Source of the DNA: Trichormus sp. ATA11-4-KO1
GTDB lineage: Bacteria > Cyanobacteriota > Cyanobacteriia > Cyanobacteriales > Nostocaceae
Reading direction: 5' to 3'
Length of the DNA stretch: 64,000 nucleotides
Assembly (NCBI GenBank): GCA_019358915.1
Contig: JAHHIM010000055.1
Location: 1-64,000, forward strand
Part shown: positions 51,779 to 61,918 of the stretch, one piece after another
How positions within the stretch are numbered: the stretch's first letter is position 1
Layout: every line of letters starts with the position of its first letter
Position numbers and translations under genes: made by a program
The notes under the pieces: generated by a model
Seen by the model: the letters and a program-made list of their open reading frames with translations, nothing else
Database searches by the model: none
Told to the model about the DNA's origin: nothing

Positions 51779-54010
51779 TTATTTGTTATATCTTAGCCAC
51801 ATTTGCTGATAAGCTTTCTCCATCTCCAAAGTAAACTGCTTACCATTCCATAGCGGTGCTGTTTGTCTTGACTGTCGCAACTTCCAAGCAACTTGTTGTC
51901 TTAAAACAGCATCTTTACCCAACCTCACACCCCAGTCTACATACTCTGCGTCTGTCCACGCGATACCTTCTGTAACGCCTACATTCATCATCATCGTGTA
52001 GCTGTTACGCGCTGCAAATTGTTCTCCTACTCTGGTTACTAAGGGAATACCCATCCAGAGAGTTTCTAGTGTTGTCGTCGCACCATTGTAAGGGTAAGTG
52101 TCTAATACTACATCAGCAATAGCTAAATTGGCTCTGTGGACTGCTTCAGTGGGGTCTTGGGGTAAAAATCGCAGCCTGGAAGCATCTATACCCTCTTCTT
52201 CGGCTATTTTGTAGAAAAACTGTTTAATTGCTTCTTCCTCAGCATCACCTTTAATTAAAAAGTAGCTATTGGGTACCTCTTTAATAATTTTCATTTGCCA
52301 TCTTGTAGTTTCAGGATGACGTTTATATCCCCGTTGAGCGCTGAGATATATGACAGCATCGCTAGGAATATTTAACTCATCTCGCCGTAGTGTGGGTATC
52401 CCTACCTCGAAGCCATCAACGGCTATGTATGTATGAGGTAATCGCCAAATTCTTTCTGTATAATATTCCTGTGCTGAATCTGGTAATACGTAGGGGTCGG
52501 CAATAAAGTAATCAATTGCAGGTATACCGGAAGCATCCCAACCTAGCCAAGTAACTTGAATTGGGGCAGGTTTGAGAGCCATGACTGTACAACTAATATC
52601 TAGAGTTATGCTATCTAGGTTTATTAAAATATCGATTTCATCTACATGGATTTGTTCGGCAACTTCTATAGCTGTAATTCCTAATTTATTAGCTTTATCC
52701 GATTTGTTTACAAACCATTCCTGTGCAAATATATCTAGCGGATTATAGTTGATGAGATAAGTATAAATTTCAAAATTCTCATGATTGTGATGTTGGAATA
52801 GCCAGCGTGATAACCAACCTACAGAATGTCTTTTTAAAGCGTAAGATACATAGCCAATTTTTATTTTTTTATTAGATGTTGCTGTTTGTTGATGCTGACT
52901 ATTACTCTGGGAATAACGCTCGAAAGCTTGATGATATGTGGCTTGTGTATTTTTTTGACAAATTTGTGCTAATTGATTATGAATTGTTCTAAAATTTTCA
53001 GGACTATCTTTAAGGTGAGGTATAGCGAAAGATGGTGTTAATAAACGCAGAGTTCTTACTTCATCTAAAATAAGAGGCTGGGTTTTAATAAACTCTAGTC
53101 GCAAATTCTCTAAATGTTGACTTGTTAAGCATATTTCCTGCCAATATCCACCAGCAGATAATAACCCACGTAGCACTAAATAAGTAGCATAAACTTTGTC
53201 AGAAATTTCTATAGACAAGGAAAGACATAACTTAGCTTTTTCTATACCCTGAGAATAATTTTTAGCATTTTGATAAAAAATTGCCAAATGTCTTGATATC
53301 TCTAATAATATTGTGGGATTATTTGGAGCCTGGTTTAAATATAATTCTAAAAGACGCGCTGCTGTTGCTGGTTGTGCAAATGTGTGACCAATTTTCATGA
53401 CAGCAGATAGAAATATATCAGCGAAGTCTGGTGTATTTATTAAATAGGATAAGCAAGATTGTATGAAGTTTATAGATGATTCATTTAAAGGTGGGGTATC
53501 TAGAACTTGCTGTAATACTTGTAACAATAATTCTAAATCAACATGAACTTGTGAATTCAATAATTCAATAATATCTAATTCTGCAAATTCTATACTTTCA
53601 TAATTATTCTGTTTAAAGGTTAGATAGACTATTTTTAAAAGATTATTAACATCGTAATTATTGATTTCCCTTATATGTTGCCGAATTGCCCAGGCAAGAG
53701 TAAATTGTTCTAGATTTTCCTGTCTTTTTGCTTCTAGTTGTAAGACTTGTGTGAGTTCTTGTGTGTAAGGTTCAATACTTTCTGCTTCTATATCTGCCAA
53801 TGGTATCATCCAAGTCATTTGTGCTTCTACTTCTTTTCCTTGTAAAAGGATCATTAAACCTAAATGCCAATAATGTGATATTATATTAGATTCAAATTCT
53901 ATTGCTTGCTCATATAAATTAGCAGCTTGTTCGTATTGTCCTGCTATCAAGTACTGATGCGCTTGCTGTTGCCAGTTAATAACTTTATTTTCTGAAATCT
54001 CAGTTTTCAT
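51779..54010 (-). CDS. ogtA: O-linked GlcNAc transferase-like (TPR plus GT41, SPINDLY family) directly downstream of pilA
   Basis: KIKIGYVS..RHSVGW, LKPAPIQVTWLG, DVVLDTYPYNGATTTLETLWMGIP; pilA-ogtA order as described in Nostoc punctiforme. Confidence 0.8.
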   Translation of the reverse strand: MKTEISENKVINWQQQAHQYLIAGQYEQAANLYEQAIEFESNIISHYWHLGLMILLQGKEVEAQMTWMIPLADIEAESIEPYTQELTQVLQLEAKRQENLEQFTLAWAIRQHIREINNYDVNNLLKIVYLTFKQNNYESIEFAELDIIELLNSQVHVDLELLLQVLQQVLDTPPLNESSINFIQSCLSYLINTPDFADIFLSAVMKIGHTFAQPATAARLLELYLNQAPNNPTILLEISRHLAIFYQNAKNYSQGIEKAKLCLSLSIEISDKVYATYLVLRGLLSAGGYWQEICLTSQHLENLRLEFIKTQPLILDEVRTLRLLTPSFAIPHLKDSPENFRTIHNQLAQICQKNTQATYHQAFERYSQSNSQHQQTATSNKKIKIGYVSYALKRHSVGWLSRWLFQHHNHENFEIYTYLINYNPLDIFAQEWFVNKSDKANKLGITAIEVAEQIHVDEIDILINLDSITLDISCTVMALKPAPIQVTWLGWDASGIPAIDYFIADPYVLPDSAQEYYTERIWRLPHTYIAVDGFEVGIPTLRRDELNIPSDAVIYLSAQRGYKRHPETTRWQMKIIKEVPNSYFLIKGDAEEEAIKQFFYKIAEEEGIDASRLRFLPQDPTEAVHRANLAIADVVLDTYPYNGATTTLETLWMGIPLVTRVGEQFAARNSYTMMMNVGVTEGIAWTDAEYVDWGVRLGKDAVLRQQVAWKLRQSRQTAPLWNGKQFTLEMEKAYQQMWLRYNK

Positions 54011-54038
54011 AGTAGTATTAATTTCATCAAAAAATGCT

Positions 54039-54068
54039 AAAAAAGGTGAGTATCATTTACCCACCTTT
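54039..54068 (-). terminator. Intrinsic terminator between pilA and ogtA
   Basis: Minus strand AAAGGTGGGTA-AATGA-TACTCACCTTT followed by a U-run. Confidence 0.7.
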
Positions 54069-54117
54069 GAATAAGATTGCTGACAATATTGTTACCAGCA
54101 AATTATTATGTAACTGT

Positions 54118-54690
54118 TTATTTGACTGCTCTTTGAGTACCAGCGCAGTCAATGCTCTCAATGGGAGTTCCCTGAGGGACTCCATCATCTACTGAACCAG
54201 TACTGATTAAGGGTTCGATAGTCTCACATAATACAGCTATTGTGGTTGCCTCTCCAGTTCCTCCACCTGCTGTTTGTCCAATAGCGACAAAACCACCGTA
54301 GCCTTTCAAAACAGCAGGATTACCAGCAGGAGTTGTTGGCTTGGCTTTAATAGATGCACCTGCAGTGCCTAAGGCAGCAAGGTCGTAGGTATAGTTTTCT
54401 GTTTGTGTCTTGATACCCAGTCCTAGTTTGTTAAAATCAGCTTGAACAGTCACAAAGTTGGGATTTTCCAGAATATAAGCTTGTTGAGCGCGGTTTACGG
54501 AACCAACATAGGTTTTTGCTTCTGAGGCGCGGGCTTTGTTAGCTTGGTTGAGGAAGGCGGGTAATGCAATAGCCGACAAAATACCGATGATGATAATAAC
54601 AACTAGCAATTCAATTAGGGTAAAACCTTCTTCTTCTTTCTTTTTGTTGAGAATGGATTGGAGAAATTTGGCTTTAAATTCAGTTTTCAT
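54118..54690 (-). CDS. pilA: Type IV major pilin
   Basis: Prepilin site EG|FTLIELLVVIIIIGILSAIALP; NRAQQAY; C-terminal Cys pair. Confidence 0.93.
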   Translation of the reverse strand: MKTEFKAKFLQSILNKKKEEEGFTLIELLVVIIIIGILSAIALPAFLNQANKARASEAKTYVGSVNRAQQAYILENPNFVTVQADFNKLGLGIKTQTENYTYDLAALGTAGASIKAKPTTPAGNPAVLKGYGGFVAIGQTAGGGTGEATTIAVLCETIEPLISTGSVDDGVPQGTPIESIDCAGTQRAVK

Positions 54691-54736
54691 AAGTGTTTTC
54701 CCGTAGGTGTCAAGTGGTGTGGTGTTCTGAATATAA

Positions 54737-54743
54737 CTTACCC
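54737..54743 (-). promoter_or_regulatory. SigF-type -10 element GGGTAAG upstream of pilA
   Basis: Matches the GGGTAA motif known for SigF-dependent cyanobacterial pilA promoters, ~50 bp upstream of the ATG. Confidence 0.55.
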
Positions 54744-54956
54744 ACTTGCTATTTTTGATCTATCACTTCTGGTAAAAAAAACTTTCTCGCTAAGATTTCA
54801 ACCCCAGATAGTGATGAGATAACGGGTTACACAATCAAAATCCTCACATCCAAAATGCCATATACATAAATAAGCCCCTAGTGTTAATCAAGGGCTTAAG
54901 TAAGTTAGTGGGAATAAATCAAACTACATTAAGTAATATAAAAAAATGAAATAAGC

Positions 54957-55049
54957 TTGTAGTAAGAGCTTTAGCCCTTTTTTGTAAAGCCCTGCGGGCA
55001 TGGCGCAGCCTCTCGTAGAGAAGAGAGGACTAAAGTCCTCACTACAAAC
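54957..55049. repeat. REP doublet of the RAYT-associated family with an internal insert
   Basis: GTAGTAAGAGCTTTAGCCCTT...GAGGACTAAAGTCCTCACTAC. Confidence 0.8.
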
Positions 55050-55102
55050 TTAGGTTAATCATGCTATATTAAACGTAGTCGTTATGAGTTTGCTTAACTG
55101 GT

Positions 55103-56470
55103 ATGAATTCGACTGTAGAAAACTTAGTGATTATTGGTTCTGGGCCAGCCGGATACACAGCCGCCATCTATGCAGGAAGAGCGAATTTAAAACCTGTGGT
55201 GTTTGAAGGTTTTGAAATGGGGGGTTTACCTGGTGGACAACTCATGACAACGACGGAAGTGGAAAACTTTCCAGGGTTTCCCCAAGGTATTACTGGGCCG
55301 GAACTCATGGATCAGATGAAGGCGCAGGCTGAACGTTGGGGGGCTGAGTTATATATTGAGGATGTGATCTCAGTGGACTTGAGTCAGCGTCCTTTTACTG
55401 TGCGATCGCCAGAAAGGGAAATCAAAACCCATAGTATAGTTATAGCCACTGGTGCGACTGCCAAGCGTTTGGGTTTACCTAGTGAACATCAATTCTGGAG
55501 TCGGGGTATCTCTGCTTGTGCAATTTGCGATGGTGCGACACCAATTTTCCACGGTGCGGAATTGGCTGTGATTGGTGCTGGTGACTCGGCGGCGGAAGAG
55601 TCTATTTACCTGACTAAATACGGTTCTAAAGTCAATCTGCTCGTGCGTTCTGATAAGATGCGAGCATCTAAAGCCATGCAAGACCGGGTTTTAAGTAATC
55701 CCAAAATCCAAGTGCATTGGCACACTGAAGCTGTGGATATCTTCGGTGATGGTCACATGGCAGGGGTGAAAGTGCGGAATAATCAAACTGGCGCAGAAAG
55801 CGAACTCCACGTTAAAGGTTTATTTTACGCCATTGGCCACACTCCCAATACTGCTTTATTTAAGGGACAACTAGAACTGGATGAGGTAGGTTACATTCTC
55901 ACCAAAAACAATTCTGTAGAAACCAGTGTAGAAGGTGTGTTTGCTGCTGGCGACGTGCAAGACCATGAATTTCGTCAAGCAATTACGGCTGCGGGTACTG
56001 GCTGTATGGCAGCAATGTTAGCAGAACGCTGGTTATCTGTTAATAATTTAATTCAGGAATTTCATCAAAAACCGGAAACTCCAGATAACGAATGGGAACA
56101 TCAACCAGCCAAGAAAACTGAAGCGGAAGAAGAAGCTGGATTTGATTTGCAGGCGACACGCCATGAAGGGGGTTATGCCTTAAGGAAATTATTCCACGAA
56201 AGCGATCGCCTACTCATGGTCAAATACGTTGCGCCTAGTTGTGGCCCTTGTCATACCCTCAAGCCTATCTTAAATAAGGTAGTAGATGAATTTGACGGCA
56301 AGATTCACTTTGTGGAAATTGACATCGACAAAGACCGAGATATTGCCGAAAATGCTGGAATTACAGGAACACCAACGATTCAATTCTTTAAAAATAAGGA
56401 ATTGTTAAAGGAAGTCAAAGGTGTTAAGCAAAAGAGCGAGTATCGCCAGTTGATTGAAAGCAATCTTTAG
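55103..56470 (+). CDS. trxB: NADPH thioredoxin reductase fused to thioredoxin (NTRC)
   Basis: [23 protein letters not shown]-terminal SCGPC thioredoxin domain. Confidence 0.95.
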   Translation: MNSTVENLVIIGSGPAGYTAAIYAGRANLKPVVFEGFEMGGLPGGQLMTTTEVENFPGFPQGITGPELMDQMKAQAERWGAELYIEDVISVDLSQRPFTVRSPEREIKTHSIVIATGATAKRLGLPSEHQFWSRGISACAICDGATPIFHGAELAVIGAGDSAAEESIYLTKYGSKVNLLVRSDKMRASKAMQDRVLSNPKIQVHWHTEAVDIFGDGHMAGVKVRNNQTGAESELHVKGLFYAIGHTPNTALFKGQLELDEVGYILTKNNSVETSVEGVFAAGDVQDHEFRQAITAAGTGCMAAMLAERWLSVNNLIQEFHQKPETPDNEWEHQPAKKTEAEEEAGFDLQATRHEGGYALRKLFHESDRLLMVKYVAPSCGPCHTLKPILNKVVDEFDGKIHFVEIDIDKDRDIAENAGITGTPTIQFFKNKELLKEVKGVKQKSEYRQLIESNL

Positions 56471-56554
56471 AGAGTGGAGAGTGGAGAGTAGGGAGTATTT
56501 ATTTCTAGTTTCCCATCTCCCCATCTCAATATTCTTTTTGAACGCAAATTAGTA

Positions 56555-56890
56555 TTAGGCCACAGCATATCCGGTGTGTTGTCTAACGTTTGGCGGGTGA
56601 AATCCTAAGACAATTTGATCTTTGGGAATACCTGCGGCTACTAATTCGTAGGTCACGCCATCTTCTGTATCATCTCGTTGCACCCATATTTTGCCATTAA
56701 TAATGTCAAGATGAACTAAGCAACCGTGAATTCGTTTCACACCATCCCAACCTAAAGTTATCAGTAAATAGCTGTCATTTTCACTATCAAAGACTGTTTT
56801 ACATTCAATCGCTGCATGAGAATAAGAAATTTGTGTATAGGGTACTAACACGTCTTTAATGATGCGTCGATAATTATCTAAGGTATCCAT
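56555..56890 (-). CDS. xisI: XisI family protein
   Basis: KIWVQRDDTEDGV..ELVAAGIPKDQIVLGFHPP. Confidence 0.93.
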   Translation of the reverse strand: MDTLDNYRRIIKDVLVPYTQISYSHAAIECKTVFDSENDSYLLITLGWDGVKRIHGCLVHLDIINGKIWVQRDDTEDGVTYELVAAGIPKDQIVLGFHPPNVRQHTGYAVA

Positions 56891-57294
56891 TGGATAATCC
56901 TCTCAGTTTCTGGATTAAAAATGAGTAACTTCAGATTCTCAGCTTCTATTAAAAGTGTACCAATTGGTTCCTCAAATAAGGCTGTAAATACGCTGTCGCG
57001 CACTGCCAAATATAGTGTTCTTTCTGGTTCCAAGCGATGGATAACAGCACGATACATGACAAATCCGCCAATAGCATCTTTGAGGTCAGCTATTTCTGAA
57101 GGACTGACAAAACTTTTAATTTCTACAGCTATTTTTTTAGTTCCTTGTTCTGCGGCTAAGAGTTGTTTAGCTCCTAAATCTACATACATATCTTTTTGAC
57201 CCCACTTTAAATGTAAGCGGTCATCTGTAATTATCCAGCCTGCTTGAATTAAGGCATTCTTAACAGCATCATGATAAATATCTCTTGCAGGCAT
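56878..57294 (-). CDS. xisH: XisH family protein
   Basis: MPARDIYHDAVKNAL, DLGA, KIAVEIKSF, EPERTLYLAV. Confidence 0.93.
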   Translation of the reverse strand: MPARDIYHDAVKNALIQAGWIITDDRLHLKWGQKDMYVDLGAKQLLAAEQGTKKIAVEIKSFVSPSEIADLKDAIGGFVMYRAVIHRLEPERTLYLAVRDSVFTALFEEPIGTLLIEAENLKLLIFNPETERIIQWIP

Positions 57295-57440
57295 ATCTAT
57301 ACAAATAAACACAATACTCATATTTCATCTGGAGGCGGAACCTTTTATGAGCATTCCCCAGCAGAACCAAGGAACCAACGCATCCCTAAACCGTAACCTT
57401 ATATGTAAAATAGTATCTTGCTTTATGCAGGCGATCGCAC

Positions 57441-58337
57441 ATGGCCATTACCAAACGTCAGCTACCAACATTTTTACGTTTTGCCCAAAATCCCCATCTT
57501 TCGCAGAAATTAATGCTAATTGGGTTAGCCATTACCCTCTTTTTCATCTTCCTAGTATTCTTCGCTCCCCTATTGCAAGCTTGGGGATGGTTGCAAAACC
57601 CCAAGGAATTTCTCTCTAATCCCATTCAAGAACCACCATCAGCCGAACATTGGTTTGGAACCAGTCGTTTAGGACATGATGTATTTTCCCGCACATTATT
57701 TGGCGCTCAAGCTGCACTGCAAGTAGTTATATTAGCTACAGCGCTCAGCATGATTATCGGTGTGCCTTTGGGTATGGTAAGTGGCTATCTTGGCGGTAGA
57801 CTGGACAAGATGTTGCTATTTATCATGGATAGCATCTACACTTTACCAGGGCTACTACTTTCAGTGACGCTGGCGTTTGTGGTGGGGCGAGGCATCTTAA
57901 ACGCGGCGATCGCTATTAGTATTGCTTACGTTCCCCAATATTATCGCGTTGTCCGTAATCATACTGTAAGTGTGAAAATGGAAGTATTCATTGAAGCCGC
58001 TCAAGCAATGGGTGCTTCTACTTGGGTTGTCCTATCTCGCTATCTATTTTTTAACGTAATTCAAAGTGTCCCTGTACTATTTACCCTGAACGCCGCCGAT
58101 GCGATTTTGGTTTTAGGCGGACTGGGCTTTTTAGGGCTAGGACTTCCTGAAGAAGTGCCAGAATGGGGACATGATTTAAGACAAGCTCTAGAAGCCCTAC
58201 CCACGGGTATTTGGTGGACTACCCTCTTTCCCGGTTTAGCAATGACATTGATGGTGGTAGGGTTATCACTACTTGGTGAAGGGTTAAATGAGTTTGTCAA
58301 TCCTCGATTACGGCGAGAAAATGGAATCCGGAAATAG
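57441..58337 (+). CDS. Peptide/nickel ABC transporter permease (DppC/OppC type)
   Basis: PPSAEHWFGT..LG.DVFSR, EAA motif (FIEAAQAMGAS), LGFLGLG..PEWG. Confidence 0.9.
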   Translation: MAITKRQLPTFLRFAQNPHLSQKLMLIGLAITLFFIFLVFFAPLLQAWGWLQNPKEFLSNPIQEPPSAEHWFGTSRLGHDVFSRTLFGAQAALQVVILATALSMIIGVPLGMVSGYLGGRLDKMLLFIMDSIYTLPGLLLSVTLAFVVGRGILNAAIAISIAYVPQYYRVVRNHTVSVKMEVFIEAAQAMGASTWVVLSRYLFFNVIQSVPVLFTLNAADAILVLGGLGFLGLGLPEEVPEWGHDLRQALEALPTGIWWTTLFPGLAMTLMVVGLSLLGEGLNEFVNPRLRRENGIRK

Positions 58338-58407
58338 TCAATCCCTGGTGGGGGAATTAAAAATTAATTTTTAATTTTTAATTGGTGCAAAGTGACCAAA
58401 TAATTAC

Positions 58408-58447
58408 TAATTCGTAATTCGTAATTCGTAATTCGTAATTCGTAATT
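58408..58447. repeat. STRR (TAATTCG)n with an inverted arm at ~58517-58528
   Basis: Direct reading. Confidence 0.85.
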
Positions 58448-58583
58448 AAAGAGGGTACAGAGCTACCACTGATTGTAACTACTTACAGCCTGGCGGCATT
58501 CGTAGGCTCTATTATCAATTACGAATTATGTTGACTGTTTCCTCGTCTAATATATTTGTTGATTGTATTACTGAGAGAGTTGA

Positions 58584-58784
58584 GTGAAAGATAACATTTC
58601 TTTAATCGCGGCGGCGGCTGGTGGGTTTATGCTTTCTGTTGCCTTGGCTGGTCTTTTACGCGGTACACCAGTTACAAGTTGGCAACAATCAACTTTTCAT
58701 TCGCCAATGGTGACTGATTTACGCGTCACACCCAAAAAGACGGAAAACTCAGAATTTTTTCGCACCATAACGTCAAAAAGCTAA
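58584..58784 (+). CDS. Small hypothetical membrane-anchored protein
   Basis: N-terminal hydrophobic helix, purine-rich RBS. Confidence 0.5.
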   Translation: MKDNISLIAAAAGGFMLSVALAGLLRGTPVTSWQQSTFHSPMVTDLRVTPKKTENSEFFRTITSKS

Positions 58785-58895
58785 TACCATTTCTTTATAA
58801 GATGTGACTAATTAGTCTGCATAGTGTTGATGTAACCCCAGGTATTCCTGCGGGTTGAATTTGCTAAAGGGTTAGGTCTGTTTCCTTTTTCTCAG

Positions 58896-59792
58896 GTGAT
58901 AAATTCTCAAGTAATTGGTATTGATGTGGGGGGAACAGCAATTAAGCTGGGACGCTTCCTCCCGGATGGGACTTGCTTACAATCTTTGACTGTGGCAACT
59001 CCCCAACCATCGACACCAGAAGCAGTTCTGGTTGTAATATTAGATGCGATCGCTCAAGTTGACCCATATAATCAAGCTGTTGCCATTGGTGTTGGTACTC
59101 CTGGCCCTGCTGATTCCACAGGACGCATTGCCCAAATTGCCATCAATTTGCCAGGATGGCACAATGTGCCTTTGGCAGATTGGCTAGAAGCTAAAACGGG
59201 CAAACCTACTGTTATTGCCAACGATGCTAACTGTGCAGGGTTGGGAGAAGCTTGGTTGGGAGCTGGTCGCCACTTTCAAAATTTCATCCTCTTGACCTTG
59301 GGGACTGGGGTTGGTGGTGCAATTATTCTAGATGGCAAACTGTTTGTGGGACATCAAGGAGCAGCTGGAGAATTAGGTTTAATCAACTTCCAACCTGATG
59401 GCCCAATGTGTAAAAGTGGCAACCAAGGTTCTTTGGAACAGTACACCTCGGTGACAACAATTCGTCGCCGCACCGGAAAGGAACCCGCCGAGTTAGGCGC
59501 TCTTGCCGAAGCGGGAAATACCGATGCCTTGCTATTTTGGCAAGAATATGGTAAGGATTTGGGAACTGGGTTGGCTAGTCTAATTTACGTTTTGACACCA
59601 CAAGCGATCGTCATTGGTGGTGGTATTAGTGCTAGCTTTGAGTTTTTCTTCCCCGCAGTCCAGGCAGAAATTGAAAAGCGAGTGATGCTAACATCTCGCT
59701 TAGGTTTACAAATTTTACCGGCAGAATTAGGTAATTCGGCGGGAATGTTAGGTGCAGCAAAATTGGCTTGGGAAAATTATATGAGGTCTTAA
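58896..59792 (+). CDS. ROK family sugar kinase (glucokinase-like)
   Basis: GIDVGGT, GTPGP, NDANCA.LGE, LTLGTGVGG, GELG, C.SGN.G.LE. Confidence 0.92.
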   Translation: MINSQVIGIDVGGTAIKLGRFLPDGTCLQSLTVATPQPSTPEAVLVVILDAIAQVDPYNQAVAIGVGTPGPADSTGRIAQIAINLPGWHNVPLADWLEAKTGKPTVIANDANCAGLGEAWLGAGRHFQNFILLTLGTGVGGAIILDGKLFVGHQGAAGELGLINFQPDGPMCKSGNQGSLEQYTSVTTIRRRTGKEPAELGALAEAGNTDALLFWQEYGKDLGTGLASLIYVLTPQAIVIGGGISASFEFFFPAVQAEIEKRVMLTSRLGLQILPAELGNSAGMLGAAKLAWENYMRS

Positions 59793-59925
59793 ATGCAAAT
59801 AATCCCAGCTAAAAAAATCAGCCGGGAGAATTTTATTTTGGTGCAATTGCCCTATCACACGATATTGCGTCCAGTTATAAGTCATTATCTGGACTTAGTA
59901 TTGGGCTAATTAGTACTACTGCAAT

Positions 59926-60285
59926 TTACTTATTACCTGTGACTCTTTCCAAAAAATTCTGTACATTCTCTTCCACCGAGGTTGCACTTTGTGAATTTTC
60001 AGGACGCTTCATTTTGTCAATATCAGCATCCCCCTGAACCTCATTAAGTCCCTTATTTGACTTTTCTTGAACCTCTTTCAGTTTTGGTGGTTCAGATTTA
60101 GCAATTTCGTCAGTTTTTCGTTGAGTTTCTAGAAGTTGTGTAGGACCTTCAGTTGGGCTACTTTGATAGCTACTGATTGCAAAAGCAGGTAAGGCGCTAG
60201 ACAAAAATATCAGTGCGCCAACAGTAGCCACAATTACAAACCGTACTGGGCGTAAGATAGATAAAACAGGAGCAAAAATCTTCAT
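59926..60285 (-). CDS. Small exported hydrophilic hypothetical protein
   Basis: Signal peptide ending PAFA; GLNEVQGDAD..KM..PENS motif. Confidence 0.7.
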   Translation of the reverse strand: MKIFAPVLSILRPVRFVIVATVGALIFLSSALPAFAISSYQSSPTEGPTQLLETQRKTDEIAKSEPPKLKEVQEKSNKGLNEVQGDADIDKMKRPENSQSATSVEENVQNFLERVTGNK

Positions 60286-60791
60286 TTGTCATCCTCAATA
60301 ACAGCATTAACAACGCAAGATTTGCACATTTAGAGATTACTTTATGCCTTGATTCAGTAAAATCAGAGCATTAAATTATCAATGTGCGCTTATATCTTTA
60401 ATTACTTAAACTATGAAATCTTGAAGAAATCTTTTTGTATTTACGCTTTGAATATTAACGTTTGTCAATATACAATTAATTATTGCGATTTATACAGATA
60501 TTCTTCCAAATTTCATCTTTTACACTTTTACTGGAAAATGACTTACGCTTGTATCGACCTGTGGAATGAAGTTTATTTTATTTATATTGGTGATAAAATC
60601 ACCCTCTAGGTAGATCGGCTAAATATAAATTTGTTAGCCTAACGACTTCATTAACAAAATTACTCAGATTTATTTATTTAGTCTGCACACTAAAAGCGAT
60701 CGCCTGATCATCCTCTATGATTCATCAGGTTAAATTATATTGATTTTCAAATCAAATAGGGTGAGCAATACTACTCACCCCAACAATCATG

Positions 60792-61256
60792 TCACTCACT
60801 CATGACAGAAGTGCAAGCTTGTGCTTCTTGCCAAAGTTTATGCAAAAAAAACTCAATGCGTGAAGCGTTGGGCGAAGCCCTCCCCGTTCGCATATTGTCT
60901 TTACTCACAGAAGAATCGCGATCGCTATTAGGTGCATCGCTCATAGTAGTAACAAACACACCTACAGCATCTTGAGAACTATCTGATAGCCAAGAACCCC
61001 GCAAAGTAACTTCTATATACTTGCTATCGCAGGCACACAGTGCAATAATTTCACTGTCATATTGTTTTACTTCAGCTTTCAGCACCTCTACCCCTGGCAA
61101 ATCCACAGGAAGCAAAAAGGAAGCAGTACTAGGTTCAATGCACAGACTTTGCCCGACGCGCAGTGCCAAAATCACTCGCTGCGCCACCCATTCCTCTAGT
61201 GACTGAGTGAGATATTCTAAATAAAAGCTCCCTTCGGTGTAAGTTAATTTCAGCAT
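60792..61256 (-). CDS. Alr0857 family protein
   Basis: MLKLTYTE..FYLE.L..SLEEWV..RV.LALR.G..L.IEPSTASFLLP; recognised from memory. Confidence 0.75.
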   Translation of the reverse strand: MLKLTYTEGSFYLEYLTQSLEEWVAQRVILALRVGQSLCIEPSTASFLLPVDLPGVEVLKAEVKQYDSEIIALCACDSKYIEVTLRGSWLSDSSQDAVGVFVTTMSDAPNSDRDSSVSKDNMRTGRASPNASRIEFFLHKLWQEAQACTSVMSE

Positions 61257-61272
61257 TCCTTATGCTCTCCTG

Positions 61273-61839
61273 TTATTCCAGGTTTGCTTGCACATCTATC
61301 CAGAACTGTGTGGCGCTGTCGCGCCCAGCTTCACTAAAGGCAAAAGCAATTGCCGGGTGGAGTGGAGCTTTTGGTTGGTTACGCAACTGCATACCAGCTT
61401 CAAATAATGTACGGTCTCCTTTACGGGAGTTACATCTTTCACAAGCTGTGACTACGTTATCCCAGGTGTGTGAACCACCTCTAGATCGTGGTATCACATG
61501 ATCTAGCGTCAGACGTTTGCCGCTACTGCAATATTGGCAACTGTGATGGTCTCGCCGCAACACTTCCCGCCGATTGACTGGCGGAACTTTCCACATCCGC
61601 TCTTTGGAGGCGATTTTCAAGCGAATGTGTTTTGGTACATGAACTACCAAACTGGGTGAATGAACTCGCCATCCACCTGCTGCGGCAAAACCTAGGGGTT
61701 CAGCTTTGTTGCTTAATAACAACACAATTGCCCGCTTGATATTAACTCGACACAGTGGCAAGTAATTTTGAGAAAACACTACCACGGATTGTTCTAACAC
61801 CTGCATTGCGTTCTTGTAGCGTATCGAAGATATCGTCAC
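61273..61839 (-). CDS. HNH endonuclease (McrA-like)
   Basis: RRD.H.CQYC...LTLDHVIPRSRGG..TWDNVVTAC..CN.RKG; RBS AGGAG. Confidence 0.92.
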   Translation of the reverse strand: MTISSIRYKNAMQVLEQSVVVFSQNYLPLCRVNIKRAIVLLLSNKAEPLGFAAAGGWRVHSPSLVVHVPKHIRLKIASKERMWKVPPVNRREVLRRDHHSCQYCSSGKRLTLDHVIPRSRGGSHTWDNVVTACERCNSRKGDRTLFEAGMQLRNQPKAPLHPAIAFAFSEAGRDSATQFWIDVQANLE

Positions 61840-61854
61840 AACTTCGCTCCTTAT

Positions 61855-61892
61855 AAAAAACCCCCGCTTCTTGTTTGGATGAAGCGGGGGTT
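61855..61892 (-). terminator. Intrinsic terminator in the 5' leader of the HNH gene (attenuator)
   Basis: AACCCCCGCTTC-10 nt-GAAGCGGGGG followed by U6, ending ~15 nt before the HNH start. Confidence 0.8.
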
Positions 61893-61918
61893 AAAGTTTG
61901 ACAGGAAATTTTCCGGTC

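Noticed and set aside
53990..54690. Shared MKTE N-termini of PilA and OgtA as a duplication
   Set aside because: Only 11 nt of identity; compatible with chance
56555..57294. Heterocyst fdxN excision element
   Set aside because: xisH/xisI are present, but there is no xisF recombinase and no nif/fdxN genes; such pairs are widely dispersed in cyanobacteria
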